Of a stretch of DNA of 64,000 nt, positions 27,642-41,152 are shown piece after piece. The stretch spans positions 44,826,001 through 44,890,000 of the forward strand of contig OX597829.1 of assembly GCA_951406725.2 (NCBI GenBank), written 5' to 3'. Under the pieces are notes generated by a model. That model had not been told where the DNA came from, did no database searches, and saw only the letters and a program-made list of their open reading frames with translations. Numbering within the stretch: the stretch's first letter is position 1; every line of letters begins with the position of its first letter. Position numbers and translations under genes: made by a program. Source of the stretch: Octopus vulgaris. Taxonomy: Eukaryota.

Positions 27642-28531
27642 TAGACTTTTTTCCAGAGCAAAGACCACACATCGATTACTGAACTCAGATGAAGTTACAG
27701 TTAATGTGACATCAGCAGAGGAACTACAGAAAATTTCAGATATTTTCATTGACATATATGAGAGCTGGGAATAAATTCAACGTAAGTAGGCAAAAGTCTT
27801 AAATGAAAAAACAACCATTTGGCTACAAAGACAGAAAGTGAAAAATAGAGCATTACCATTTTTTGGACAGAATCATTAATGTATGTTGGACAAAATGCTT
27901 AGCTATATTTCTTCGGGTTTTTTTTTTTCGTTCTGAGTTCAAATCCCACTCTGGACAGCTCTGTCTTTTATCCCTTCAGGATCGGTAAAATTAAGTACCG
28001 GTGTAATCGACTAGCTATCCTTCCCTCGTTCACCCTTAACATTTCTGGCCTTGAACCATGCAACGAACCAAACTGGCGTCCTGTTCAGTGGGTATACTGT
28101 GGTCTCTGTCACTTCACACAATGAAAACCGGGTGACAGACAGTACGAATCCTAGCAATCGAAGACAGTAATGCGTGAGTCAATCATCTTTCACAGAACGC
28201 AGATATTGAAGAGGAGATCCAATATTAGATAAAATATGCTAACGCAGGCTTTTTCATCTGAGAATTGAAAACCAGAATGAAGCATAGCAGAGATTTCTGG
28301 GAAAGATCCTGCATATCAAACGGTAGAACAGACGAAGGAATATCGGAAGGCTCGAACGACCTTGTTCTTTTGTTCTGAAAACATGGTTACACGTCACGAG
28401 CTTCAGCGGGATGGTTATGCTGGATGATTGCTGGCACATCTGATCGATTACCTAAACATTTTCTTCTTTCACCTAACAGAAGCAAAGCGCTCACACGCAC
28501 ACACGCATACACACACACGTACGCACACACA

Positions 28532-28570
<39 letters not shown>

Positions 28571-29117
28571 CCAAACACACACACACATACGCACGCACGC
28601 ACTCACGCACAAAACAAGACAAAACACAGAGGAAGTGAATTCAAAGGTGTAATGGAATTGATTTGAAACAAAAATATAATTTGTCGTCTATATGCACGTG
28701 TGAGAAATGCTGATGAATGACCAACTCACGAGAAGACAGATTATCTATAAAGGAGACCATCACTTCAGCACAACACAAACCAGACGCATTAACGAGGAAT
28801 GTGAGCGAAGATAACAACTCAAAGAGACTAACAAAGTACACTTTCTCCCATGGAGCAAGAATTCCTCGGTCTATATATATATGAACATCTAATCTTCAGA
28901 CACTTTCACACAAACACGCCCACAGAGAAAGCTGTGTGTATGTGTGTGTCTTGTCGTGTGTATTCATGTCTGCTCTACGTCGGTGTGTGTAAGTTTGTGA
29001 CGAGAACTACTGATTCTGTATTGACTCACTTCATCACATGCGTATCCGCCAACATCAGCTCGAGAAACTGCAAGAAAGATGACGTCCATGTTGTTTTCGC
29101 ATACGTACATGTATATA

Positions 29118-29530
29118 CAGGGTGCGTAAGATATCTGAGGACAGATTTATGTTTGTAAAGAAACAGATATATAATAACAGGTAATAACTTTATTTATCAA
29201 AAAAATGCTATGAGGATAAAAATAAACTTTCTTTTCTATTACGTTATTCAACAAAGCCACCATAAGCTCCAACAACTGCTTCTATATAAGATCTAAATCA
29301 TCTACATACTCGAATCAAGTGATCCTGGTTCATTTTGGACTTTACTCTAATTATGGCAGCTTTCATAGAATCTTTGGTGTTATGGGCATCTTCATTGACC
29401 TTTCTCTCAACAACGCTCTACATGTAATAGTCCAATGGATTGAGTTCTGGGAATTAGGAGGCCAAATGTTAGGGGTTACGTGATCATGAAAATTTTCAGT
29501 CATCCATTTCTGTGTTACTAGAGTAGAGCC
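29118..29530 (-). mobile_element. Tc1/mariner (maT-like) transposase 3' remnant with one terminus
   Basis: VTQKWMTENFHDHVTPNIWPPN/PELNPLDYYM*SVVERK...AVVGAYGGFVE* (WPP.SPDLNPLDY motif); TA|CAGGGTG end at 29118. Confidence 0.85.
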
Positions 29531-29659
29531 ATGTGTCATATTTGCCCTTCATCTTTCCAGTGTTGGAACAAAAATATAACAGCTAAACATAGGGGTTGAT
29601 TTTTTATGTTATACTTCTCTACAAATATTTCTTACGCCATTTTTACTATGTCAGAACTC

Positions 29660-30025
29660 AGTTCTTTTACTTGCTTCAGACATCAGAGTACGACTGTGTA
29701 GGAGCACAGCCTAGAAAAATTTTAACCAAACGAATCGACCCCAGTACTAAATTTCAAGCCTGGTACTTATTCTATCGAGTTATTTTGCCGAACCTCTAGG
29801 TTATAGGAACATAAAGACACCGGCTATCAATCGGTGGCGGAGATAAACGCACACACACATATACCATGGGCTTCTTTCAGTTTCCGTCTACCAAATCCAC
29901 TCAAAAGGCTTTGGTCGGCCTGAGGCTATAGTCGAAGGCACTTAGCCAAAGTTCCATACAGTGGGACTGAACCCAGAACCATGTGGTTGGGAAGCAAGCT
30001 TCTTACAACGCACCCACGCCAGCGC
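29660..30025 (-). mobile_element. SINE family B, diverged
   Basis: Recognisable CTTCTTTCAGTTTCCGTCTACCAAATCCACTC core and head. Confidence 0.75.
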
Positions 30026-30182
30026 CTATCAACATGTATTGTTTTTTTGTGTAAATAAAAGAGAGTTTGTATTAGGGAGGAGGAGCGAAAGAGAGAAAAT
30101 AGAGGAAAGAAATGCAGTTGATACATCTGTGAATGCTTGTGTTTGTATACATGTGTGTGAGCATGCACGTTCCTTATTTCAA

Positions 30183-30506
30183 GGAGGCAAGTGGCTTAGT
30201 GGTCATAGTAATTCGGTTCACGACCGTGAGGTCCTGAGTTCGATTCCTGGTGGTGTGCTGTGTCCTTGAGCAAGATACTTTATTTCACGTTGCTGCAGTT
30301 CACTCAGCTGGAAAAAAATTAGTAGTACCTGTATTTCAAAGGGCCAGCCTTGTCACATTCTGTGCCATGCTGAATCTCCCTGAGAACTATGGTTAGAGTA
30401 CATGAGTCTGTGGAATACTCAGCCACTTGCACGTTAATTTCACGAACAAGCTGTTCCGTTGATCGGATCAACTGGAACCCACATCATTGTAACCAACGGA
30501 GTGTCA
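30183..30506 (+). mobile_element. SINE family C variant (same head and CORE-like segment as 5925-6290, different 3' module)
   Basis: GTGGCTTAGTGG...GAGTTCGATTCC...TGTGTCCTTGAGCAAGATACTT; its 3' module also occurs inverted at about 51090-51250. Confidence 0.75.
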
Positions 30507-30509
30507 GTT

Positions 30510-30622
<113 letters not shown>

Positions 30623-30650
30623 GCTGCTGCTGTTGTTGTTGTTGTTGTTG

Positions 30651-30708
<58 letters not shown>

Positions 30709-31039
30709 CATTATTATTATTTCAAAGATTGTGAAGAGATTTCTCAATTTATAAATTTATATAAACTCCTACAAACTTAAGATATAGATATACACACACG
30801 CAGCTCTACAAATACACAGAAACGCACACACGCGCGTGCGAGCATACTTACAGGCATGCACTCAGCGAAAGTTTTGTTTTCTCTTGTGTATGCTGTTTTC
30901 TGTGTGCGTATTTGTACGTGTGTATACATTTATGTATGTGTGCATGTATGTCTGTGTGCATGTGCATGTATGTATATATGTGTGTTGTGAGCATGTATGT
31001 CTGTATCTGTGCGTGTAAAGTTTGTTTCTGTATGTCTTT

Positions 31040-31990
31040 GTACAGCCATGTGTCTGCCTGTGTCACGGGACAACACCTGTCTGTGTTCGGATTGTCCTCG
31101 CACAGGGGCCATCCGGACTCACGTCTTCGCCGTGAACAATAATTAATCTTCTCTCTTCGCTCCTTTGCGTCACATGAACTCAACTCTCCTCCCCCTCTTC
31201 GTCTAACACCCCTCTCCTCTCTTCCTCTCACACCCACTTCTTCCCTTCATTCCCATCCACCTCTCCTCTCTTTCTCTGACACCTACTTCCTCTCTTCAAT
31301 TTTACCCACCTTCTCCCTTCCACCCTCTCCCTTCATCGTCATCCCTCATCGTTACCCCACCCCTACTTATTCTAACCCCACTATCCCTATACATCCCATT
31401 CGTTCCACACATTCTACTCCCACATACTCCAACCCAACCCTCACACCCCACTTCCACATTCCCCACCCATACCCCCATCCTCACCGAACACACACCCCAC
31501 CCTTACTTCCCCCACTCTCGCTTCCCCAACACCCCACTTTTGTTTCCCCACCCTCGCCTCCCCCACACCACACACAACCATACCACAGCACATCACACCA
31601 CTTCCCAGCACCCACAACATCATCCACACACCTTCACATGCACACACGCACACCTCAAGGTCACAAGCCCTTATCCACACGCACTTATACACTCTCACAT
31701 ACACACGCACGTGCACCTTCGCTTTGGGATCACTACTATTTTATTATCTCCCCTTCTTCCTAGCTCTCCTGTCTGGCTACCTCTGTCCGGCATTTACCAT
31801 GATTGAACGGTAGCCACAAAACCTTTTTTTATTTTCTCACTCTATTTTCTGTGTTCCTCTCTGTGGAAGAGCGTAAGCTAGAAACGTAAAAGACTTCCTC
31901 ACTTCCCAAGCGCTAAACTAATACAGCTGTTTGTTATTTACACACCCGTCTTCGTCTTTTGTTTTCTTTATTATTTTTGTAAATTCCAAC
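31040..31990 (+). mobile_element. Penelope-like element 3' remnant (GIY-YIG C-terminus, C-rich tract, hammerhead-like motif)
   Basis: HLSVFGLSSHRGHPDSRLRREQ*LIFSLRSFASHELN resembles the R..REQ.LIF.L.T..P.GLN end of the Penelope endonuclease; followed by the hammerhead-like motif at 31857. Confidence 0.65.
31857..31892 (+). ncRNA. Hammerhead-like motif with non-canonical core
   Basis: CTCT-CTGTGGA-A-GAGC-GTAA-GCTA-GAAAC-GTA-AAAG: hammerhead topology, but the core differs from CUGANGA. Confidence 0.45.
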
Positions 31991-32038
31991 TATATATATA
32001 TATATATATATATATTTATGTATATGTATGTCTGCATG

Positions 32039-32069
<31 letters not shown>

Positions 32070-32079
32070 GCATGTATGT

Positions 32080-32142
<63 letters not shown>

Positions 32143-32210
32143 TATATGTATATATATATACGTATATATATGTATATTTATGTATATATATATATGTGTG
32201 TGTGTGTGTA

Positions 32211-32244
<34 letters not shown>

Positions 32245-32721
32245 CATACGCACACACACACACACATATATAAATGCATGCATACATACAAGTGTGTGTG
32301 TGTATCTTCGTATTTGTCTGTCAGTAATGATAACACAGGTATTTTAAGCCATTTTTCTCTCACAATTCCTGTTCTATGCCAAAAATCACTTATCACTGCC
32401 TGGTTCAATGCGGAACTACATTCAAGATAATAGACAGACAACAAACGAAACCAAAAAAAAAAAAAACAATTCCTTACACTCTATAGATATATTATTGAGT
32501 CTCACTATATTTTGTGAGGAATGGATGAAGTGAAAATGTTCTATCTAAAGTTTTCCCTTTAAAAAAACAATTTATCAGCCAACGACATCCATTAATGAAT
32601 GATTATTGATACATCCGTTTTACATCAAATAGAATCTTATCCCCATGGTTTCTTTTTTTTATATTTCTTTTCTGAAGATATATTCAGAATACGTCGGAAT
32701 AATAATAATAATAATAATAAT

Positions 32722-32935
32722 CCTTTCTACAGGAAGCACATGGCCTCAAATTTGGGAGAAGGGATTAATTCAATTACATCGACTCCAGTACGTAACTGGT
32801 ACTTAATTTATCAACCTCGAAAGGATAAAAGGCAAAGTCTACATCGGCGGAATTTGAACTCAGAACGTTGCGACGGGCGAAATACAGCTAAGCATTTCGT
32901 CCAGCGCGCTAACGATTCTGCCAGCACGCCGCCTT
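32722..32935 (-). mobile_element. SINE family A
   Basis: Reverse-complement copy between (AAT)n tracts. Confidence 0.85.
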
Positions 32936-33016
32936 AATATTAATAACAATGATAATAATAATAATAATAATAATGATGATGATGATAATAATAATGATGA
33001 TGATAATAATAATAAT

Positions 33017-33562
33017 GCAGTACCAGGCAGTGGCTCTCATGGCTTCTGATATTAACTGATTGGAAGTGTTATCATGTACATTGTTTTGTCTTGGTATAAA
33101 AGATGGGCTACAGCAAATATTCTGCTCAATAACACAGATTTGCTTGTCAGTTGTTTGACCTTAACCAGTTGAGCATGTACCTTAGTGGCTGACGATATGT
33201 GCATTTCTGATCACGAGCAGAAGTAGTGGGGGAGCATCATAGCCATGTGTTGAGAGGGATTCTTTGGGGTTTGAATAATTCACCTCTGGAAACATGGGTG
33301 GTTCTTTCAACATCCTTAAACAACCCTTATTCAGGGACCTTTTGAGCGGGATGGGCTACTCAACCTGAAGAAAATTCTAACTGGGCCCCACCTGCAAGGT
33401 CATGTGCTGTTTATCTTGATATGAGATCACCATGTCGCGCACATATGGTTGTGATGCATGTGCCTGATGTACCCTTATCAGACGGGTAGTCATGATGGGT
33501 ATATTGGGCTTCGTATATTTTACCCCAGTGCCACTTTGATGGCATGCACTGCTCTCTCACTC
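33017..33562 (+). mobile_element. Unclassified non-coding repeat of about 546 bp embedded in (AAT)n
   Basis: A second copy at 36641-37052 shares the identical end GGCATGCACTGCTCTCTCACTC; AAT repeats on both flanks. Confidence 0.75.
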
Positions 33563-33654
<92 letters not shown>

Positions 33655-33680
33655 TAATAATAATAATAATAATAATAATA

Positions 33681-34060
33681 GAATATAGTGCTAATTGAGA
33701 AAGAAATCAAACGATAGATATAGCATTCCTAGTTGGTGATAAGGAAGAAAGAAAAGTCGATAGGTATGACAGGTTAGCTTGGGAGGTTAAGCAGTTGAGG
33801 TCGATGAAAAAGGTGGTATTAGCACCAATAATTGTCGGAGTAGCACCAATAATTGTCGGAACATTAAGTAAAAATCTTGAGAAGTACATGGAACAAATAG
33901 GGGCTGCAATACGGGTGGAGCACTTGCAGAAAACAGCACAGTATGGAACCACTCGAATACCTCGGTTGGTGCTCGAAAAATAAGGGCGTTAACTTAGTTC
34001 ACTGGTAGTGAACAGCTGGCACCGTAGTACATCTTCAACATTAGAAGCTGTGCAAAGGCA
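33681..34060 (+). mobile_element. R4/Dong-clade LINE 3' fragment (REL endonuclease C-terminus) in (AAT)n
   Basis: IDIAF...KEERKVDRYDRLAWEVKQL...APIIVG...LQKTAQYGTTRIPRLVLE* matches the KE.EK..KY..LA.E...PIV.GALG...LQK.ALLGT.RI.R.VL motif; (AAT)n on both sides; internal 21-bp tandem duplication. Confidence 0.85.
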
Positions 34061-34088
34061 ATAAATAATAATAATAATAATAATAATG

Positions 34089-34157
<69 letters not shown>

Positions 34158-34160
34158 GTA

Positions 34161-34221
<61 letters not shown>

Positions 34222-34607
34222 ATACATACATACATACATACATACATACATACATACATACATACATGCATACATACATACATGCATGCATACATACATA
34301 CATATGTATATACACATGCACACTGACGTATACACATGCGCACAAACAAACAAAAAGAACGCATCTTCGATAACGAACAGCTTCAACGACTGTTGAAGAG
34401 GCTGGAAGAAGCAATGAGTGTGTTAATTAATAAGACATTAAAACAGAATGACTCTCCCCAAACATATCAACAAAATAATAATAGCCCTTTCCACTATAGG
34501 CACAAGGCTTGAAATTTTGGAGGAGAAGAGTTGTCGATTACTTCGACCTCGGTGTTTCACTGGTACTTAATTTATCGACTCCCGAAAAGATGAAAGGCAA
34601 AGTCGAC

Positions 34608-35246
34608 TGTGGGATGACGTCAGCAGCTGGGAAGCTGACCGGAACTTGGGGCTGACCGGAAGGGGCAGCGGTTACGCGCGCGCAGCGAGGACAGGGTACT
34701 GCCTTTTCGAGGCAGGTCGCCGAGCGGGTAAGACGGGGTCAGCACGTTGTTAAGGTTGGGAAAAGCAGCTGCTATTTCTAGCGTTCGGGTCGGGCTGTGT
34801 TGAAGGATCCATTACCGCTGAAGGGTCTCCATCTGAGCGAAGAGAAGGTGGTGCCTTCTCCGGCGAAATTTGAACTCACAAGTTTCACTTGAAAAGGAAA
34901 GTGAAAGTAGAGAGGGAAGTTCCGCATCCCAGTAGTTTCGTTGAAAGGCGGGTGCGTGTGGAGAGGGTGGCCTGTATGAATGGGCCTACTATGAACATTC
35001 GTTTGTAAACCGGATGAGTTGAGAAAGAGAGAAACGCCTGCTGAGGTGCATCTGACGGTCGGGATAACCGGAATGTGTGTGGTTCCACGGGCGTCCTTAT
35101 GAGGAACTCCCCCACCCTTGGGGAGAATTTTATTGTTTAATTGTATTGTTGTCATTGCTATTTTTGTGTGTTAAATCCCACGCGTCCCCAGTTTTGTACT
35201 GTTCCTATTTGTTTTGTGTTTGGCCCTTGTGGCCAATAAAGAAACG
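34608..35246 (+). mobile_element. 5'-truncated Tx1-like LINE, related to 13881-14592
   Basis: KFHLKRKVKVEREV...FVERRVRVERVACMN aligns to KYHLKRKVRVDRQV...FKKRWVDVARMACTN; ends GGCCCTTGTGGCCAATAAAGAAACG followed by (ATT)n. Confidence 0.75.
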
Positions 35247-35334
<88 letters not shown>

Positions 35335-35422
35335 GTTGCTAGTTACTCAATTGATCTTACTCCATCTCCGAAGAAAGAGACGTTATATGAAGTAACTCTT
35401 CTCGATTGCAGAGAGAGAAGAG

Positions 35423-35462
<40 letters not shown>

Positions 35463-35565
35463 GGAGTAAGCATATAAATATGAAACAAGGTGGAAAAAAG
35501 AGTACTCAAATACCAGAGGTAGAGTAATATGCTTTATTTAAAAGCAGCAGAAATACAACAAAAGT

Positions 35566-35601
35566 TGTTACTCGGAGTTTCACGTTCCCGTTCGCCGGAC
35601 A
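35566..35601 (-). ncRNA. Decayed minimal hammerhead motif within a Penelope-like fragment of about 145 bp (35461-35606) in (TA)n
   Basis: Minus strand TGT-CCGGCGA-ACG-GGAA-CGT-GAAA-CTC-C-GAG-TA-ACA: all three stems pair; the core has two transitions relative to CTGACGA. Confidence 0.55.
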
Positions 35602-35630
35602 GTTTTATATATATATATATATACTCAGGA

Positions 35631-35675
<45 letters not shown>

Positions 35676-36123
35676 GTGACAGAAGGGGGGGTGAAAAGAG
35701 AGAAGAATCAGCCCTTTTACTTTCCTACTACTTTATTTATCGAACCCAAATCGACGAAAGAAAAAATTATAGCTTGGCGGAATTAGAATTCAGAATGCAG
35801 ATTTTTACGAGACATTCTAACGTTCTCAGCTGTATAATAGTATTTTTATGTTTTTCTAACATTGACACAAGGTCAGAAATTTGATGGGACCTTGACGGGA
35901 TTTGAACTCATGACTTTCAATACCGTAGCTAACGACACCTTTGTTTCATATTTTGTCATAAGTCCAATAACTTTTTGAGAGAAGAGGGCTTGCCTTTACA
36001 ACTGACACCAATACTTGAGTCCCACTCTATTTTATCGATCGATCTTGGACGTATGAAAGCAAAGATGACTTCGGCGAACGCCTCGACCAATCGACTGTCC
36101 TTAATATGCATGACACGCACTAG

Positions 36124-36207
<84 letters not shown>

Positions 36208-36550
36208 TACATACACACACACACTGAAATTACTTTCAGTTACATTCCGTTACCGGCAGTAGGATTTCAAATCGTTATTTCAAGTTAACAAAAACCCTTA
36301 TCGTATTCAACCCCATTGAAAAACGGCCTTTTTCACAGATGGTCTGGATCTTCTTCACATGATATCTATTTTTTCATAGCTAGGTGTATGGCTTAGAAGC
36401 TGTTACTACAGTTTTCTGTGTTTACCAATAGAAGCAATAATAATTTAGAGCAGCCAATGAGGAACTCACTATGTAATGAATCGTTATGCTAGACATAACA
36501 ACCTAAATCTCTCTGATAACGACGTAATAATAATAATAATAATAATAATG

Positions 36551-36640
<90 letters not shown>

Positions 36641-36643
<3 letters not shown>

Positions 36644-37052
36644 TTCTGCTCAATACCAGAAATTTGCTTGTCAGTTGTTTAACCTTAACCAGTTGAGCAT
36701 GTCCCTTAGTGGCTGACGATATGTGCATCTCTGATCACGAGCAAAAGTAGTGGAGGATGCATCATAGCCATGTGTTGAGAGGGATTCTTTGGGGTTTGAA
36801 TAATTTGTTCAATATTCTTAAACAATCTTAATTCAGGGACCTTTTGAGTGGAATCGACTACTCGACTAGAAGAAAATTCTAACTGGGCCCCACCTGCAAG
36901 GTCATGCGCTGTTTATCGTGATATGAGGTCACATATGGTTGTGATGCATGTGCCTAGTGTACCCTTATCAGACGGGTAGTCATGATGAGTATACTGGGCT
37001 TTGTATATTTTACCCCAGTGACACTTTGATGGCATGCACTGCTCTCTCACTC
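36641..37052 (+). mobile_element. 5'-truncated second copy of the (AAT)n-embedded repeat
   Basis: Colinear with 33117-33562 apart from small deletions; preceded by (AAT)n and followed by (AAC/AAT)n. Confidence 0.8.
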
Positions 37053-37128
37053 AACAACAATAACAACAAAAGCAACAACAACGATAACAACAACAACAAC
37101 AACAACAACAACAATAAAAATAATAATC

Positions 37129-37159
<31 letters not shown>

Positions 37160-37332
37160 TAATAATAATAATAATAAATATTTAAAAAAACGGGCTGACA
37201 CTTTGCATAATGTAGACCTTAGTGCGCGTTATTCAAAAGATTATCGCTGAGATGCATTTAATCATAGGTTTACACGGCTGAGACAGATTAGTTCAAAAAA
37301 CAACACAAACAAATCATCAGCAGCAGCAACAG

Positions 37333-37474
<142 letters not shown>

Positions 37475-37689
37475 GCCGCCACCACCACCACCACCACCAC
37501 CACCACCACCACCACCACCACCACCACCACAACAACAACAACAACAACAACAAGATCATTATAAGAACCATAACAATTTAGCTGCTAACTTTTGCTAAAC
37601 ATTTTAATACTTTATATCCAATGTTTCGTCCGGTACTTTAACATGAGAGCAAAGTCGTGTATAGTTTTTTTTTGTTTTTTAAATCAGAA

Positions 37690-38075
37690 CTAGCAGTATC
37701 GCCCGGCGTTGCTCAGGTTTGTAAGGGAAATAACTATAAAGCATTTTTAGAGAGTTATAGCCAAAAAATAGCAAAAAAATGGAAAAAAAATTATGGTAAA
37801 TTTTTTTTTGAGAGTAAAAAAGGTTGAGTTGCGTCCCCTAGACAGTCTGTGGTTTGTTTTTTTTGATTCTCGACCCCATGTCGAATTTATCGATTTTTTC
37901 AGAACTGGGGTTAACTTTTCAAAATTTTCGCTGCGTTAGTTTTGAATTATGACATTGGGCTATGTGTGTGTCAAGTTTCATCAGAATCGGTTGAAAGCCG
38001 TGGTCAGGGTGAGGGTACGAGAAAACAGACACACAGAAACACGCACAGACAAACTGCCGTTTATATATAGAGAGA
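37690..38075 (-). mobile_element. Non-autonomous Helitron
   Basis: Minus strand A|TCTCTCTATATATAAA ... GAGCAACGCCGGGCGATACTGCTAG|T: TC start, subterminal hairpin, CTAG end, AT insertion site. Confidence 0.85.
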
Positions 38076-38383
38076 TAGACATTTTTTTTTTGCTTCTTTT
38101 GCGAAATCGTTTTTCTTTCTTTCTTTCTTTTTAATTAGAAAACTGACATATTTATTGGAATTTAACTTATATTTGCATCAAGTCACGAGTGAATCTTTTA
38201 GTTTTGAACTTAAAGAACATGTGTATCTCATCTTGGTGTGAAAGAAATTATACTTTATTCGCATTATTGACCATATTCCGCAACGAATACTTTCGCTTTT
38301 CTACAGAAATTCCAGGAGAATTAGGCTTCGTTTGATCAAACTATTGTTCACGAAGAGATTGGCAATCCCAACTCAGAACTTAC

Positions 38384-38408
38384 AGATGAGGCCAGATAAG
38401 GCTGACAT
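38384..38408 (-). CDS. Candidate start-codon segment (MSALSGLI, phase 1) at the end of a putative exon 38969-38384
   Basis: Minus strand: pyrimidine tract plus TGTAG acceptor at 38970, TCAAAA-ATG context, CT|GTAAGT donor at 38383. Splice signals only; no homology recognised. Confidence 0.3.
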
Positions 38409-39348
38409 TTTTGAATTCGGAACAGAAAGGTTGTTGCTGACGTTGTTGTTTAATTCCAAGACAGTAATAGTAGTAATGGTGGTGGTGGCGGCGGCGGTGG
38501 TGGCGGCGGCGGTGGCGGTGGCGGCGGTGGAGGTGGTGGCGGGTTGGTGGTGGTGGTGGCGGTGGTGGTGGTGGTGGTGGCAGCAGTAGCTGTGTGGCAG
38601 TAGTGGTATTGTTGTTGTTGTTTATTAAGCAACAAGACGGGTAAGGGTGATTAGGTGATGGTCTAGGGCTTAGGGGCGGGAGACCCCAGATCTTGGAAAA
38701 AAAAAAACTTTGGTCGTCTTGTTGTAGTCGAGGGCTCTTCGTTGACGCCCGACACCACTGGGAGGTGGCCCACGAAGTCGCTGGAAATGGAGACTTCCAG
38801 GTCCAAATTCTTGAGCGGCTGTTGTTGTTGTTGTTGTTGTTGGTGGTGGTGTGGTTGTGGTGGTGGTGGTCGTCGTCGTCGTGGGATCATTTTTTTACAA
38901 GGACAGACGGAAGTCCACAAGAGTTTAACCTTTAGACGGCATGGACTGTTGTTATTTATTGTTTCGACGCTACAGGAGGGAGTGTAAGGAAGAGGTACAG
39001 AAAGAGAGAGAGAGCAAAGCCAACCAATGGGAAGGGTTTGAATATCAAAGTGTTAAAGGGACGTAACTAAAAAAGCACAAGGTCAATATTCCGATTCTCT
39101 TAATAACAAGAACAACTACACCGATTAATAACATTAACAAAAGGTCACAACAACACAATGTCAAAAGGTCACGATGTCAGAAAGTCATAAATTTGTATGG
39201 TAGGAGGGCATGTCTACTGAATATACTAAACTGTAGATTCCTCGGTAGTTATTCTACCAACTGCAGAGGATGTCAGAGACCGTTGCTACTCGGAGTTGGT
39301 TAAACTAATACCACTTCCACTTAGGTATTTCTATCCAACTAGTCTCTT

Positions 39349-39799
39349 ATTTCTTTACTACCCACAAGAGGCTAAACACAGAGGGGACAAACAAGGACAG
39401 ACAAACGGAATAAGTCGATTATATCGACCTCAGTGAGTAACTGGTACTTAATTTATCGATCCCGAAAGGATGAAAGGCAAAGTCGACCTCGGTGGAATTT
39501 GAACTCAGAACGTAACGGCAAACGAAATACCGCTAAGCATTTCGCCCGGCGTGCTAACGTTTCTTATTTCTTTATTGCCCACAAGGGGCTAAACGTAGAG
39601 GGGACAAACAAGGACAGACAAAGGGATTAAGTCGATTATATCGACCCAAGTGCGTAACTGGTACTTAATTTATCGATCCCGAAAGGATGAAAGGCAAAGT
39701 CGACCTCGGCGGAGTTTGAACACAGAACGTAACGGCGGACGAAATACGGCTAAGCATTTCGCCCGGCGTGCTAACGTTTCTGCCAGCTCGCCGCCGTAG
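39349..39799 (-). mobile_element. Head-to-tail dimer of long-tail SINE A with a 16-bp target-site duplication
   Basis: Perfect ATCCAACTAGTCTCTT at 39333-39348 and 39800-39815 encloses two tandem units. Confidence 0.92.
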
Positions 39800-40426
39800 A
39801 TCCAACTAGTCTCTTGTTTTCTCATCCCTCTTTTTGTGTCCGCGCTCCACTAAACTCCACACAAGTCTCTATACTCACTTCTTTCCCAAAGCGTTGTTCG
39901 TCTAGTATTCCCCTTCCCCTTATTCATGTCTTTTTCGCAGATGATAACTAACAAAAGTTCAAGAGGAGAATCAGTTAGCTGCATCAATTTCATCTATCTC
40001 CGAGAGCCTGAAAAGACTATAGGTGTTGCTTCTTTATCTGGACTTACCAACTGAATGGAATAAAATATTACAAAAAAGAAAAAAAAAACAGTATGTGTCC
40101 ACATGAAATGAACACATTCAGATTTGCTATTTAGGAAAAGGACATATATTGATATAAACGTATTTGCTTGCAGCCTATTTTCTACGTCGTTGGTAACATT
40201 ACAGGATTAAATTTCATATCGTTAATGTATATAAAAGAAAGAGAACGAAAAATATCTTTGAAGAAAAAAAAAAAGCAAGTCAGACAAGAAGGTGTGTAGT
40301 GGTTTGGAACCAATAACCTTATGATTGCAAAGCGAACTCCTTAACCACAAGGCTAAGAGAAACTAATTAGCGTTCATCAAGCCAGCTATAACAATTTCAG
40401 TCTGTTGAATAAGATAGAGCACCCCC

Positions 40427-40650
40427 AGGTGGGGAGCTGAGAGAGTCATTAGCGCGCCGGGCAAAATGCTTAGCAGCATTTCGTGTAAATCATTACGTTC
40501 TGGTTTCAAATTCCTCTCAAGTTGATTTTTTTTTGTTACCGTTTATCATTTCTGGGTCGATAAAATAAGTACCAGTCAAGCACTGGGATCTATATAATCG
40601 ATTTAATTCCCTCCATGAAATCGCTGGCCTTGTACCAAAATTTGAAATCG
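40427..40650 (+). mobile_element. SINE family A, diverged
   Basis: Head, GGGTCGATAAAATAAGTACCAG core and GGCCTTGTACCAAAATTTGAAA short tail. Confidence 0.75.
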
Positions 40651-41152
40651 GTATAACAGACCACCAGTAATTCGTCATTCAAATATTTTCAGACTCTGCA
40701 AAAGCCATTATAACATTCTTTCTAAATGTTTTTTTTCTTTGTTTATTTTCTTTTATCTGCATAATAATTTATTTATTTATTTACTTATTTATTTCAGTCA
40801 TTCTTACTTTCATTTACCATTATTACTCCATCTCTTTATTTCTTTCTTTCTTTGATTATTTAATATTTCTTTCTTTTTTTTGCGTTTCTTACTTTCTCTT
40901 TCACTTTTCGTTTATTCATTTCATTCATTTTATTTCTTTCCTCATTCATTCTGCTTTTTACATTGTTTTCTTTCTTATTCTCCGTCTCTCATTATTTTCT
41001 TTCCAATCTTTATAGTTATTCTTTCAATAATTTTCTCGTTCATTCCTTCTACCTTTATCTTTAATAAACAATTGCAGCTTGGAAGGTGTTTATAAACCAT
41101 TTAAAAACACACACAAAAAAACCGTTAGATTCACTTCAACATTAAAATTTAA

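Noticed and set aside
39941-40060. Plus-strand acceptor followed by a short ORF (MITNKSSRGESVSC...) and AATAAA
   Set aside because: It hits an immediate stop in the phase needed to join the 19640 exon, and shows no recognisable homology.
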